A stretch of DNA of 64,000 nucleotides, taken from assembly GCA_965112155.1 (NCBI GenBank), contig OZ218113.1; one strand, given 5' to 3'. The translations under genes were made by a program, and so were the position numbers. Numbering within the stretch: position 1 is the stretch's first letter; the number at the start of each line of letters is the position of its first letter. The notes under the pieces were generated by a model. That model did not search any database, was not told where the DNA came from, and was given only the letters and a program-made list of their open reading frames with translations. The stretch comes from Podarcis liolepis. Taxonomy: Eukaryota. This document shows positions 34,981 to 48,494 of this stretch, piece after piece.

Positions 34981-37410
34981 TTCTGATGGCATCTCTCTGC
35001 TTGTTTACAGTAGGTAGGGTTTGCCAGGCATATTTCCGTTTAAATGGCTTTGCTTTGCTTAAAGGATTTTCCTTAACACTGCAGCAGCACCACCACCCCC
35101 TCCAAACAGAGTGGGGTTGGGTGTTGCTTTTTTCAGACAGAGTTTTGGAGGCTCTCCTTGAAGAAATGAGCCGACAGCCCAGACAGGAGATACTGAGGAC
35201 GTTAGGTTGCTAGTAGTTTCCTTGCTGCATTGTTACTCGAAATTTTAAGAAAACAATCTGGCAAAGCCTTGAGTTCCTTTCTGGGAAACTTTAGTGCAGC
35301 ATTATTAAAAAGGCTAACCAAAAAATTACAGCTCTTTCTAAAAGATGTATTATCTGGATGCCTTGATTTAAGGGGTGGATGTCTTCTACTTTTAGTGGAA
35401 ATATATAAAGGTGAAATCTCAATTTGTGACATTCCTCTTCCCCACCATAGCAATAACCCATAATTGGTGGTTAAAATATTTGGCTTATTATGAGTCTCCT
35501 GTTTGCTGGCTTATTGTAAAATATTCAGCAGCAGGAGGCGGGTGTTGTCTTTTCAGTCTCTGTGGAGAGTGAAGACATTCCATTCCACCACCATGTACCA
35601 AGATTTGCTCCAGCAGTAAAACCTGTTTTTCAGGAACAAATTGGAGGAGCGGACTGCCTGTTAAACACTGAACAATGTCATGCTTCTGGTCTTTGTGGGT
35701 GGAAAGAGCATAAAGAGATTGCCTAAGTGAAGTGCCTTGCCATTTGCTGGCAGACTAGGGAAACAATCCTAAGTATCCCTCCTATGAAGTAAATGCTACT
35801 GATTTGTGATGTTACTTCAGAGTAAACACTCTTGCATATGTGTTCTTTGTTCTTTTAAGGTGGTGATGGGAAATGGCTTTTTGTGTGTGTTCTGAACTAA
35901 ATACGTCAACTCTGTTGAACTGCAAGCTACTTGATTACAAATAAGTATTGGAATACAGACGTGGTGAATGTGTGTACTTCCTAAGACATCTTAAACTCCC
36001 TGGCTACTTACATTTCCCTCTCAGTAGGTGACTTAGTGAAAAATGTCCTTATATATACCTTGTTAAATAGCTGATGTGGCAACAGGAGTAAGGTTAAGTC
36101 TGCCAATTGTGGGCGTCTGTATCCCTGAGATTCCTGCTGCAATTGTGTTCTACAATTGAAGTGGTTGGCTTCTTAAATGCCTTTCAAATGAGTACAAAGG
36201 AGGCACAAGCGGTTGCTAGAGAGATCAGGCTTGCTCTCGACATCCTTCCCAAAGCCAAATCCTGTGTGCACATCCTGCCTCCTTTCTCCATTACCATTAC
36301 AGTCAATATAATGTAGGTCACCATGCATATCCTCCTTGTGTTTCTGGCCAGGAGAATCTTTTTCCTTTACTTGCTGGATTTGCATCCCTTTTGAAGGATA
36401 CGGAACATTATCTACTGTACTTTTGAAATTTTGTATCACTTAATGTACATGCTCGGTAATCCTTATTACAGCCCTATACAGGTAGGCTAGTATTATACCC
36501 ATATTGCAGATGTTGGGGCCTAGGTTGAGAGATAGTGGGTTGTATACAGCCACGGTGACTTCAAGACTGAGCTTAGATATGAACTGTGGATTTCCTAGCT
36601 TGCAATGAACCACTGTGCTACGCAGACTTGTGCTACAGGCTTGTATCCTGTTTTGCTCAAACGTAGACCCATTTAAGTTAATAGACATGACTTAGGTCCA
36701 TTAATTTCAATAGGTCTACTATGTGTAGGACTATCATTGGCTGCAACCCATTGTGTTTGGACTTCCCTATAGATTTGCTTCAAATGGGAACCACCAAGCT
36801 GCTAAAAATCTTTTGTTTTGTCATAGCTTCAGGTGGAAGAAGCTATATAATTTGTTTAGTCTCTTGGTATATTCTCACTGTGGCAAATGATCCTCAGCTT
36901 ATGAAAATGGACTTTTGGGGTTAGCTCCATATATTTAGCCCGATAGTTTGTTTCTTGGCATATTTTAAAGAATGTGAATGGAATGCTTGAATTGCTTTGA
37001 ATATCTTGCAGCTTTTGGCGGGAATCTTCAGGAGGAAACTTGCTGATTTGACAGAATGTTAAAAAGCATTAGTGCTCCTCTTGTCCCTGGATTACAGTAA
37101 TTTAACCCTTTAATGTGGCTGGCTATTTGCCTGTAGCAGATAGTTCAAAATATCAAGTGTGTTTCACTTCATTCAGATTTTAAATTCAGCTTTCTGTTAT
37201 GCAAAAATTGCAAACAAAAGCCACTCACTCTTCCTCACTGCTTTAAATTAAACATTTTGTGGGTCAGTCTATGTGTGTAGAACATCTAGCACTATCCAAC
37301 TAACTTAAGATAACTAACTTCTTCCCCATTCTTGCCTTCTCTTCCTGGGTTGAAAACATGCAGTGGTTTTCTTTTTATGAACTGTAATCATGCTTTCCTG
37401 AAATCATGCT

Positions 37411-37557
37411 CAGTGGCGTAGTGTGGGTTGTCAGCACCCAGGGCAAGGCAAGTAATTTGCGCCCCCTAACCCGTGGATTTGCGCCCCCTAACCCTAACCC
37501 CCAGATGTTGCAGCCAGTGCGGCCGGCCCCCCCTGCACCCCCCACGCTACGCCACTG
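37411..37557. mobile_element. hAT MITE (CAGTGGCGTAG...CTACGCCACTG)
   Basis: Perfect 8-bp TSD ATCATGCT. Confidence 0.88.
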
Positions 37558-38734
37558 ATCATGCTTGCTCTGAAAAACAAAATACTTTAAGCTGCAGGTA
37601 AAAACTCCTGAGCTTATCAAATTCAGTCTGGACCTTGACTAATTGCAATTTTGAATTGATGGTTGGTATAGAAATGTGTTAAAATAATACTTGAATGCTG
37701 TGGGTTAATAGTTTGGGGAGTCCTCTCTTCTCCTACATTTGTTAATCTGAAGACTTAAAAGAGACATTGTTTTCTTAAATCTTTACATTTTCTGAGTCAT
37801 TAAAATGTTACAAGATGGGTCTAGGTTAAAGTTTCAAGAATTATTTGCTCTTGAGATCATAAATTTCTGAAGGTAAAGGAGATCACAATTTTTCCTCTTA
37901 GGGTATTTTTCTGTGAGCATACCCATCACCACACTGCTAGTTTTCCAGTGAGAAGGACTGAGATGCATTCCTTGTATTTGTTCTATATGTGAAAAGGGCC
38001 TTTTCTAAATTACTTTTAAATAATGACTACCATTGTGTAAAATGCTGGGTTTTGTTTTTGCCCTTGTAATAACATGCAAGGAGACTGTAAGGCTGCAATA
38101 AATTCATGTGGGTTTTGATTGCCTGTATTCAGCTCACGAAATATTGTTTAGTGCTTTGTGCCCATACTCAATGGCTTAATGGTCAGTTTTTCAGAAGACC
38201 AAGTGATTTGCAAATGAGCTTCTTGTGAGGAAAGGGAAAGCTTCAGTTCAGCTGGGATGGTTTTCTTATATGGGAGGTGGCTGAGAATTGGGAAAAGGAC
38301 CCAGGATACAAGATAGTTACAGAAACCTGGAGCTCATAAGGACAGGACTATTGTAATGTTTTCTTCATAAGGCTGCACTTGAATATGATTTGGAAATTTC
38401 AAATGATCCAAAATGCAGCAACCATAACTGTATGATAGTGCTCTCTTCATATTGCATTTTGGACCAGTTGAAGTTTCCAAATCACTAAAGTACCGTAGTT
38501 CCATCTTGAGGTTACTAGAGTGGAATACAGTGTCCAAATAATTTCAGCTGGCAAACCAGTCATAGCCAGAAATAGGCACCCCTAGCCTCTCAGGCTAACT
38601 AAGCCTCTAGGGTCAGTGTTGGGTTAAGGAACATCCCCAATATAGGAATCTGCTCCTTCTTGGGAGTGCAACTCCGTCCAAAACAGGCTGTCTCCCCACA
38701 ACCCAGACTTCAGAACTTGCAAACTCCTATCTTG

Positions 38735-40450
38735 GCCCAATTTGAGGTACTCAGTTGGTGTCTAAAGCTCTAAAATATTTGAGCCCCAAATATCTGAAAG
38801 ACTGTCTCCATTCCTACTGATGTTCTTTGGTGTTAAGATCTGCGGAGTGGGCTCTCCTGGTAGTTCTAGCACCTCCAGAAGAGGGCTTTTTCTGTGGTAC
38901 CCCTAAATTGTGGAACTCTCCACAGTGGTAGTTGCACAGTTTTTAGTTTTGTGGGACTCACCTCTTTTGTTCAATTTATACAGTTCTGTTCCATTTGGAA
39001 TGGTTTTAGGCTTTATCATTGTAATGGTTTAGCTGTTTTTATCATTGTTCATTTCTATTATTGTAATCCACCCTGGGATCTTATTGTGAAGGGCAGGTAA
39101 GAAATCTTCTTCTCCTTATGGGAGAAGGCTTTCCATCACATAATTTGGGCCCAAATCATTGTGTGTCGATGTCAACAACTTAAATTGGATTCGACAGTCA
39201 ATTGGCAACCATTGCAGAAGACTGGCTGGTATGATGTGTGTCTGACCAGAAACATCCACTGGCAGTCTCATTGCTGTGTTGTGCACTAGTTGCAGCTTCT
39301 GAACAGTCCTTAAGGGCAGCCCTGTAGCATAGGTAGGCAAACTAAGGCTCAGGGGCCAGATCCGGCCCAATCACGTTCTAAATCCGGCCTGCGGACAGTC
39401 TGGGAATCTTCTTGTTTTTACATGAGTAGAATGTGTCCTTTTATTTAAAAGGCATCCCTGGGTTATTTGTGGGGCATAGGAATTCATTCATTCCCCCCAA
39501 AAAATATAGTCCGGCCCCCCACAAGGTCTGAGGGATAGTGGACCGGCCCCCTGCTGAAAAAGTTTGTTGACCCCAAGTGTATTGCAATAGTTCAGCTTGG
39601 AAGTCATCAAAGCATGGATCACTGTGGCCAGGCTATCTCTGTACAGGAAGGGCAAGAGCTGGAAGTAGGTAGTCCTAGCCACCTTGGCCTCAAGTGCCAT
39701 AAATGGATCAAGGAGTACTTCTAAGCTACACATCTGTCCCTTCAAGGGGAGTGCAACCTATCCAGAACAGGCTGTTTCCATATTTCCTGGATTTGAGAAC
39801 CTGCAACACATGGTATCTCTATCTGCAGTCCATTACCAGCTCCACCCAGTGGTTAAGCATGTGAACAGTTCCTAATTCTGATGGTATGAAAATATAGTGC
39901 TAGGTGTCATCAATATGCTGTGGCTGGAATCTTTCACAGCTTCAGGTCAAAGGGGTTTGAGTGCTTTTCCTTGGTATGTAGGGCTTTTCCTCTTCAACCA
40001 AGGGAATTAGATGACACCTTTCTCCAGATCCACTGATGACATCCTCCAACAGCTTCATTTAAATGTTAACAAGCTTGAAAGACAAAATTGACCCCTGAGG
40101 GACCTCACAGGCTTAACGTCCAAGGCACTAAAGAATAGTCTCTTGTGGCTATGCTCTCTTGGGAGAAGAATACTGCAGCACAGCGCTCCCTATTCCCAAA
40201 GCTTTTCCAGGAGGATACCATGGTCAACAGTATCAAAAGCTGCTGAGAGCTTAAAGAGAACTAACAAGCTTGTGCTCCCTCTGTCCCTTTCACTTATAGG
40301 TCACTGACCAAGGCAATTTCAGTGCCATATCCTGCTGTGAAGCTGGATTGAAATATGTCTAGATTATTTGTTTCCTTTGAACATATTTACAGTTGGGCTG
40401 CCACCAGCCTCTTCAGCATCTTGCCCAAAAAGGCCATTGTCGCTACGGGC
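38735..40450. mobile_element. Cluster of old L2 fragments in both orientations, interrupted by a hAT MITE
   Basis: Minus-strand ORFs LQLVHNTAMRL...LLQWLPIDCRIQFKLL and LATVIHALMTSKLNYCN are L2 RT C-terminal motifs. A plus-strand copy lies at 38735-39110. Confidence 0.65.
39328..39575 (-). mobile_element. hAT MITE of the same family as 58803-59052, inserted in an L2 remnant
   Basis: Shares the reverse-complement core ATGAGTAGAATGTGTCCTTTTATTTAAAA...GGGCATAGGAATTCATTCATT. Confidence 0.8.
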
Positions 40451-40509
40451 ACTAGTTGTTCAATAATTCTGGGTTCAGGGTAGTCCTCTTGAGTGGGGAA
40501 TACACCACT

Positions 40510-41105
40510 ACTTTCTTTTCTTTCTTTTTTTACAAATGCTTTTTATTAACTTATTATTATAGCACATACACACAACACTTAGAAAACAAACTACAAAAGA
40601 AAACACCACATAAATGATAAACATATATCCATAAATCCACAATCTGCACACAGACTTGTGTTATCCAATCTTTAGTTCTTATTCTATTCTAATAGACTTC
40701 CTTCCTCCTCAACGTGGGTCTGATTTAAACTTGATAAACTGTTTCTTTCTCATTTCATCTTTTCTACCCTTCTCCATATATTGTATTTGTAAACTATATT
40801 TTGTTTTGCAAAAATTATTCGAAGCAAGTCCAGGTTTTAATTTGAGGGCACTGTTTTTTTAAATAATCTCTGTACTTTCCCCACTTTTGAAATTTTTGTT
40901 TAGACTGTCCCCTAATTGCATCCGTCATTTTTGCCAATTCAAGGTAACAAATACTCGCTCTTGCCACTCTTTTTGGTTGGTACTATTTCACTTTTCCAGT
41001 TTTTTGCAATTAGTATTCTTGCTGCAGATGTTGCATAAAGAAATACTCTCTTATTTTCATTTGTGATGTCTAAATCTACTATGCTCAATAGAAATGCTTC
41101 TGTTG
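40510..41105 (-). mobile_element. L1-clade LINE 3' end
   Basis: T-rich tail and TTTATT at the left end. The minus strand encodes YATSAARILIAKNWKSEIVPT...W, an L1 ORF2 C-terminus. Confidence 0.7.
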
Positions 41106-42440
41106 GTGGTTTTTTTTTTAAACAGATCCTAAAGAGGGATAGCTAATAATAATAATTAATAATAATAATAATAATAATACCCCACCCATCTGACCAGGTT
41201 GCACCAACTACACTGGGCATCCTTAATATATTCTATTCCTTCCTGGGACCATACACAACTGCCTATACAATCACCATACATACCTCCAAGCAAAGTGTTA
41301 CAGTGTAAGCAACACTAAATATGTCAGTAAATGCAAACAAGATTGATTGGAAGCCAGTGATCATGATGCTAGGCTTTCCTAGGCTTCCTTCATGCATCTG
41401 GTTAGCCACTGTGAGAAGGAGGTAGACCTTATTCTGGTACAGAAGACCACCTGTTCTTATGAGTTGCAAATAGGGCTGAGATTATACTGTGAGGAGGGCC
41501 TAGTGCCTTACAAGGGAACTCTTACAAGTATGGCTTTTATCACTGTAGCACAGCAGCTTGACAACAAAAACTTGGGGGTGGGAGGAGCAGAATTTGACAT
41601 CATTCCGCTCAAAAATTATGTAACTATTTAGATTTTTGACTCTTTATCTGCTTTCAATCATCTTTTTAGTTGGCGCTACATTTTCTGAAATAAGTGGAGA
41701 ATACAGTCACCATTTGGGCCACCCTACCCTTGGATAATTAATTGCTTCTTTGTGAGCAAGTCCTCCCTTCCCTTTTAAAAAAAGTGTTAGGAAACTTCTT
41801 TGCATAAACACCTGTGTATTTGTAGGTTGGAAAAACCTGTGTAAGACTGAAAATACTGAGAGGTAAAATCACACACACTTGCTTTAGAATGCCTGCTTTA
41901 GAAGAATGTCATCTTGTGGCATGTAAGCAATAAATGAGGAAGTAGTGTGATCCCGATTGCTTAATGTAACACAGGAAACTTGGGGCCCTGCTCTTACATG
42001 CTTTATGATAGAGGCCACAGCTCATTTCCTGTGTGCTCTATTAGCACTACCCTGAAACAAATGTATCTCATGTTGTTTAGTTATCATTGGAAGTAGCATA
42101 TTATAATACCTGTATGTATTAATATTACGATTTTAGGGCCTAACTATCTTAATTGTTAGGACCATTTCTTCTACTATTGGAATCATTGGAAGCTGATTCT
42201 AATAGTGACCCAACTTTGTGTATCCAATAGAAAAGATGTGGGAAATTCAGCTGAAGGAACCAGCTAGTATAGAAGAAGAAAAATCATACTACTGTACTAT
42301 TGATATGATTTGCGCAACATTTGAATTTTCCTAATATGGGTTAATGATTGAATGGTGTTACTTTAACGGAATGGAAGCAAGTGTGACATGATACAGGCAG
42401 CCCCCATTTACACACATTCAGTATGTGTTCAACCATGTAT

Positions 42441-42830
42441 TAGGGCTGAGTGATATATCAATATATTGTCCAAAACTGGTTTGAAGTCCATATGATATCC
42501 GTTTCATAATTTTTGACCTGGCAATATATTGCAAATCATCATGTGTGTGTGTGAGATACAAAAATCACAACGTGGGAAAAACTTTGAAGCCAATGCTTCT
42601 CTTGATTCCTGCAGCCCCTGTTAACTCTTGCCAGCTCAGCTCTCCCCTGCCTCATGAAGGGGGCAGTGAATCACAAGAGCAGGCACCTGCAAAAATCATG
42701 ATGCATAAAAAACAGTGAAGCCAGCCAGTGCCTCTACATAACTCCATCCTTATTTCAGGCATTGTGATATATATTGTGATGTTCAGCTGGTGTTATTGCA
42801 GTGTTGAAGACCAGATATCACCCAGCTCTA
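42441..42830. mobile_element. hAT non-autonomous element (TAGGGCTGAGTGATAT...ATATCACCCAGCTCTA)
   Basis: 16-bp imperfect TIRs. 8-bp TSD CCATGTAT/CCATGCAT. Confidence 0.8.
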
Positions 42831-43593
42831 CCATGCATCACACCGAACCTAGAAGTGATCCAGAAATGTCATAAAGACAGATGTTTGCAGGCATTTTCAA
42901 TTGGTTTCAATTATGTGTGATTTCATTGACACGTGTGGTGCCTTGGAACACAACCTCCATGTAAGCCGGGTGCTGCCTATCCTGACTCTGAATGAAAATA
43001 GTTGTAGCAACATAACCAAATGGGGTTTCTACAGCTTCTTGTATTCTTCCCCCATTTTTCTAATAAAAATATTTACTCTTGAATTGCCTCACAGACTTTG
43101 TTAAAGTTGACTCTATGGTTAGTCTCAAGTGGTATTAACTTTGGTGCCTTTCCACTAACCCTATGGAGAAGGTGAAAAGGACTAGACTTTCAGCAGTGGA
43201 CTCACAACTGCCCTAAAGCTGCAAAGTTAGAAGAACAGGATGGAACAAAATCACATAAAAACTAGTCTCTCGTGAACTATTATTTAGAATAGACCTGCTG
43301 GCTATGTCACAGTTATCTCCTTCATACATGTACAGTATAATAAACCTCCAATATATTTTGGTTACATGTAACACAACGGTGGAGCAATGCAAGTTGAATA
43401 ATTAGAGTTTGGCTTTGGAGTTTTTTTTTTAGTTTTTTTTTACAAATCAGAAGGCCTTATGTACTTACGCTGCCTGTAAGTCGACTTGTGCCAAAGTGTC
43501 CTGTTTCGAGAGTACTGCAAGAGTAAAGTAGGGATGAGGGTTATAAATATATTGTTATTGAAGGCTAGGTTTCTATTAGTTCTCATGAGTATA

Positions 43594-43895
43594 CAGTGGT
43601 GCCTCGCAAGACGAAATTAATCTGTTCCGCGAGTCTCTTCGTCTAGCGGTTTTTTCGTCTTGCGAAGCAACCCTATTAGCGGCTTAGCGCTATTAGCGGT
43701 TTAACGGCTATTAAAGGATTAGCGGCTAAAAGGCTATTAGCGTCTTAGAAAAGGGGGGGAGCGGAAAAAAATGGAACACTTGCAAGACGTTTTCGTCTTG
43801 CAAAGCTAGCCCATAGGGAAAATCGTCTTGCGAAGCAGCTCAAAAACGGAAAACCCTTTCGTCTAGCGGGTTTTCCGTCTTGCGAGGCACCACTG
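43594..43895. mobile_element. Tigger-like MITE, copy 2 of the same family
   Basis: Same TIRs and TA TSD; colinear with 19428-19764. Confidence 0.9.
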
Positions 43896-45747
43896 TATGT
43901 GCAATATCATAATGCATAAATTTACTCTAGATTGACACTAAGGGAAGTCCCTCCCCCTCTATTTTGAATGAGATCTGGATTATACTGATTGGTTTTATTT
44001 ATTATGAAGAGCAAATAAAACATTTAAACTTTTATTTTGCCGGTTTTGAAACCAATTACTACATACTACATAGATAGAACCTGTAGGATTCTAGCCCCTA
44101 TGCAGAACTCAAAATTGGAGCACTTTAGGTTTTGTAACTAAAAGCCTAGATTTGGGGGCTCTAAATTCCAATTCTACGAACTTGTTGTTTCAAAAATCCA
44201 ACATTATAGCTTCATGCTTTAGCGGTTGAAAAAACAATGACCAAATATTTTAAGGCAGATATTAGGAATCTTGCATTTCTTTATTTCATACCTAAGTACA
44301 AAAAATATTTCTGAAGGTTGCATCTGTGCAGGCTGATGTCTCTGTTTGTTCTGGAAGTGATGCCACTGAGTTCACACTTAAGTGTACATATGACTGTAAC
44401 CTCCTGAGTATTTTAAAATATCAGTCCTTTAAAAAATGCTTCTCAGAAATAAGGGTAAGTGAACATCATGAATTTGGTCTCCATATTACCAATACTGAAT
44501 AAAAAGTGCAGCAGATTCACCAGCTGAAGTTTGCAAATTTCCTTATATATAAATAAAATGAGGTCAGCTGCTACAATGGTGGTGGGCTGTATCTGAGGAC
44601 CCAACATGAGTAAATGGCCCATTGCCCTACTAGCACCACAACACTTTGCATGTAACATGTGATACGGATCAAAGTGTTTAACTAGGACTGGGAGACCTGA
44701 GTTCAAACCCAGTCACACTCTGCCTAAGCATAATACAGGGTTATGAGGATCAAAGGGGTGGTAGGCTCTGTCTTACACTTTTTCTCCCAGGGTCTTAAAA
44801 GTGTAACACAGAGCCTACTACCTCTTTTATCCTCATAACCTGGTGCGGAAGCTTAGACTGAGACTGACTTGGCGAAGGTCATGTACTGAGCTTCACAGAT
44901 GCATTGAGATTTGAACTTGGGTCTCCCGGTCCTAGTTGGACACTTTCATTCATTTCATCATGCTGTCTGCAAAGTGAATGGTGGTTCTGGTAGGAAAATT
45001 TACTTATCCTCGGTCCTCAGCAAATTGCAGCCCACCACCACTATAGCAGTTGACCCTCTTTAGTTTATAAGAAATGAACGATACATGATAGTAATACTGT
45101 ACTACAAAAAAAGTGCTTATGCCTGTTCTAAATATTTCTATATAAAAACTACAATTGGTGAGGCAAAAAAAGAGAGAAGTGCTACTCATTTTACTTTCTA
45201 TCTCTTTGCTGTTACTGGAATCCAAACGGCATACTTATGTGTGCCAAATAGATTTTTGACAAATACTATAAGCTAGTTTTGGAACCCCCGGCCCCCCCAG
45301 CAAAAAAATCAACTGATTTGCATGCTGCTTGTGGAGCAGTTCTTCAAGAAAAACAGGTCTAAAGCCCCATTGGAAAAGTACACAGTACTTTGGATTCTGG
45401 CCCTTTGCTCTTTCTGGACAATTAACATGCTCCTTTGCCCAGGTACTACCTTTCTTTTTGTATTGATTTACCTGTCAAAATAGGCTACAGCTACCTGTAT
45501 ATGAGTTTGGGTGTTTTTGTTCAGTTCTAGAAGGCCATCTAGTGGCACAATCAAGCAGAGAGAAGTATAAATTATATACTAGAAAACCATGCAAGTCTAG
45601 ACTTTTAAAATGAGAGATAAAATGTCAGGGTTTTAAAGAATGGCAGATTGCATGTAGAAGCGGAACATGCAAACCCCTAATGTTTTATCTGTTAAGGAGA
45701 GAAGTGCTGCGTTATTTCATATTAGGCAGGATTTTATTAGTAATAGG

Positions 45748-45897
45748 CTGGGCTTTTTTCCAGCCAAAACTCACTGGAACTCAGTTCCGGCACCTCTCAG
45801 GTGGGCACCATTGCCATTGTAAGAGAACAAGGGAGGTGTTCACGGGGAGGTGTTCACGGTGAGTTCTGGCACCTCTTTTTCTAGAAAAATAGCACTG
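45748..45897. mobile_element. Short non-autonomous DNA transposon
   Basis: Termini CTGGGCTTTTTTCCAG ... CTAGAAAAATAGCACTG, with internal GAGTTCCGGCACCTCT-like repeats. Confidence 0.55.
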
Positions 45898-45953
45898 GAG
45901 CAATTAACAAATCTTTTTGAATGTGTGTGTAGGTATACAACCTAATATGTATA

Positions 45954-47436
45954 CAGTTGCAATTGAAATTATTCAACCTCATTGCAAATTTGGTTTATTA
46001 TCAAAATTTACAGACTTTCAGCTGTTTGCAATCAGCAAATCAAAAAGCAATTGAAATAGCTCAACACAATGGACGCTTCAAATGGTTTCCCCAAATTAAG
46101 CTAAATTGCAACTTTACACTGATTTATCTAGTCTCACTATTATTCAACCCCTTCATGACAAGCATCTTTATTACTTAGTAGAGCAGCCTTTTGCTGCTGC
46201 AAACGAGATGCATAGCAGACAGCAGCTTCCGGCAGCGCTCATGAGGTGTCTGAGCCCATTCCTCATGAGCATTGGCCTCCAGTTCAGTAATATTCTTGGG
46301 TTTGCGTGCTGCAGCTGCCTTCCTCAAATCTCACCAGACGTTTACTATGGGGTTCAAGTCAGGTGACTGTAACGGCCACTGTAGAACCTTCCAGGACTTC
46401 TTCTGCAACCAAGCCTTGGTGGAATTTGAGGTATGCTTGGGATCATTGTCCTGTTGGAAGGTCCACTGATGCCCAAACTTCAACTTTCTCACAGACAGCA
46501 TGATGTTTCCTCCTAGGATTTCCTGAAACTTCAATGAATCTATCCTGTCTTCCACATACTGCAAGTTTTCAGTGCCAGAGGATGCAAAGTAGCCCTAGAG
46601 CACCACCAAGTCACCACCATGCTTCATTGTAGGCAATGTTCTTTTCAACAAATGCTTCATTCTTCCTCAACATAGGGCTGATCCATGGGGCCGAAAAGTT
46701 CCCATTTTGTTTCATCGCTTCACAGAACAGAGCCTCAAAACTACTGTGGCTTATTTATATGATTTTGAGCATATTGGTACCAACTTTTCTTGTGCTTTTG
46801 GGTCAGCAATTTCCGGCTTCTGCTCAGACACGATTTTTGGCACCATGAAAGCAAGTCCCTGTGGTGGGTTTAGTGCAGCGCGCGGGGACTCGCTGAGTGG
46901 GCAGCTTGGTTTGGGAGCAGCTCATGGGCCGGTTAAATGACTCCCATGGGCCGCTTGTGGCCTATGGGCCTTAGGTTGCCTACCCCTGGTCTATATGAAC
47001 ATGGAGTGCCTTCACTATCTTTTTGTATCCAGCTTCTTGTTTGTGAAGGGTGATGATCTCTTCTCTTACCTTCTTGGACCATTGTCTTTACTTAGCCATA
47101 TTTCTAGCAGGCAGCCAAATTTGACACGCTGCAAACCCCTAGCCAACTTGGGTATTTCATGTGTTACAGCTCACACACACCTGGTGCAACTAATCAAGCC
47201 CTTGATTAGTTGCATCAGGTGTGCTTGAGACATTTATGCTGTTATATTTATGCTGTTCTGAAGCCACTATAAGTTGCATTTTCAGCTGAATTTGGGGAAA
47301 CCCCTTGAAGCATCCATTGTGTTGAGCTATTTCAACTGCTTTTGTTTGATTTGCTCATTGCAAACAGCTGAAAGTCCGTAAATTTTGATAATAAACCAGA
47401 TTTGCAATTGGGGTTGAAAAATGTCACTTGCAACTG
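45954..47436 (-). mobile_element. Tc1-family DNA transposon, decayed and internally deleted, with long (about 170-200 bp) TIRs
   Basis: TA|CAGTTGCAA ... TTGCAACTG|TA with long inverted ends. A minus-strand peptide FQQDNDPKHTS...WPLQSPDLNPIVNVW lies at 46331-46564. Confidence 0.92.
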
Positions 47437-48494
47437 TATAAGCAACACATAAGACTCTGGATTGTGGCTAGAATACCTTGCTGCTTGCATTTACCACCTT
47501 TGCTGTTAAATTGTTGTGATTCAGAGAACACATATGCGCTTATTCACAATGTATCTTCATCAGATTGTGACTACAGCATCAAGTTAATAACATGATTAAT
47601 TCAGCACTTTCAGCACCAGTGATCAAAATGTCAATCTGCTGTCCCCATAAAATGCAGTATCTTATCAGTGGAGTCTGTTCATACATGGAGCTGCCAGTGA
47701 TGCAGAGTAAATCAAGTGCAATAAACATATGAAGCCAGGCAGGGGTGGGTTAAGGGACACCACTGCCCCATCCAGACTGCCTCCAGCACAGCAAACTGGG
47801 TGGCTAAAGTGAGTCTTTGCAGCTCAGAATTCACTTAATTCATCTGTTTAAGAAGACTTATTTGATAGGTGCCATCCCAGAAGACCCCTTCCCTGGTGTG
47901 AGACTTGAAGGGAGGGCATGTTTCTATGGTGCCATCCTATCAACCAATCTTTCTTTAGACAAGTGATTAAATGCGTTCTCAGCAGTTGACTTTCAACAGT
48001 TTTCATAAATAGTTATATGAAAAACAGACTTTTAAAGTTCCTCAATTCACCTGGGGTGCCTTTTTAATAAATTAAGCAGTTTTAAAATCGATAAAAAGGT
48101 TGCAGCTCCAATTCTGCCTAATGAGTGATCCTCTAACGCAAAACCTTAGTTATTTTTATATTATTAAAATATTTATATCCTAGCTTCCTGCGTTAATAGG
48201 AACATCAAAGAAAGTTAACAATAAAGTCAACCTTTAAATACTAAAATGCAAGCAATAACAAAAATTTCAAGAAAGGAAGGGAATGTACACAATTAAATGT
48301 GTTCCAATCAGGTCTAAAGCCTGCTGGAACAGGTGAGTTTTGAATGCCTTCATACTGGGTACTAGCCTTCTTGAGTAGGAAAAAGCCTCTTGCATTCTGA
48401 CCAACTGCATCCTGGAACTTACCAATTATTAGGTGGTTTAATAAAATTAAATTGCCTCAAACACTGCATATATTGCAGAAACAGCACATTAGAA

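Noticed and set aside
37460-37502. CCCTAA telomere-like hexamers
   Set aside because: Only three copies, inside a hAT MITE; not an interstitial telomere array.
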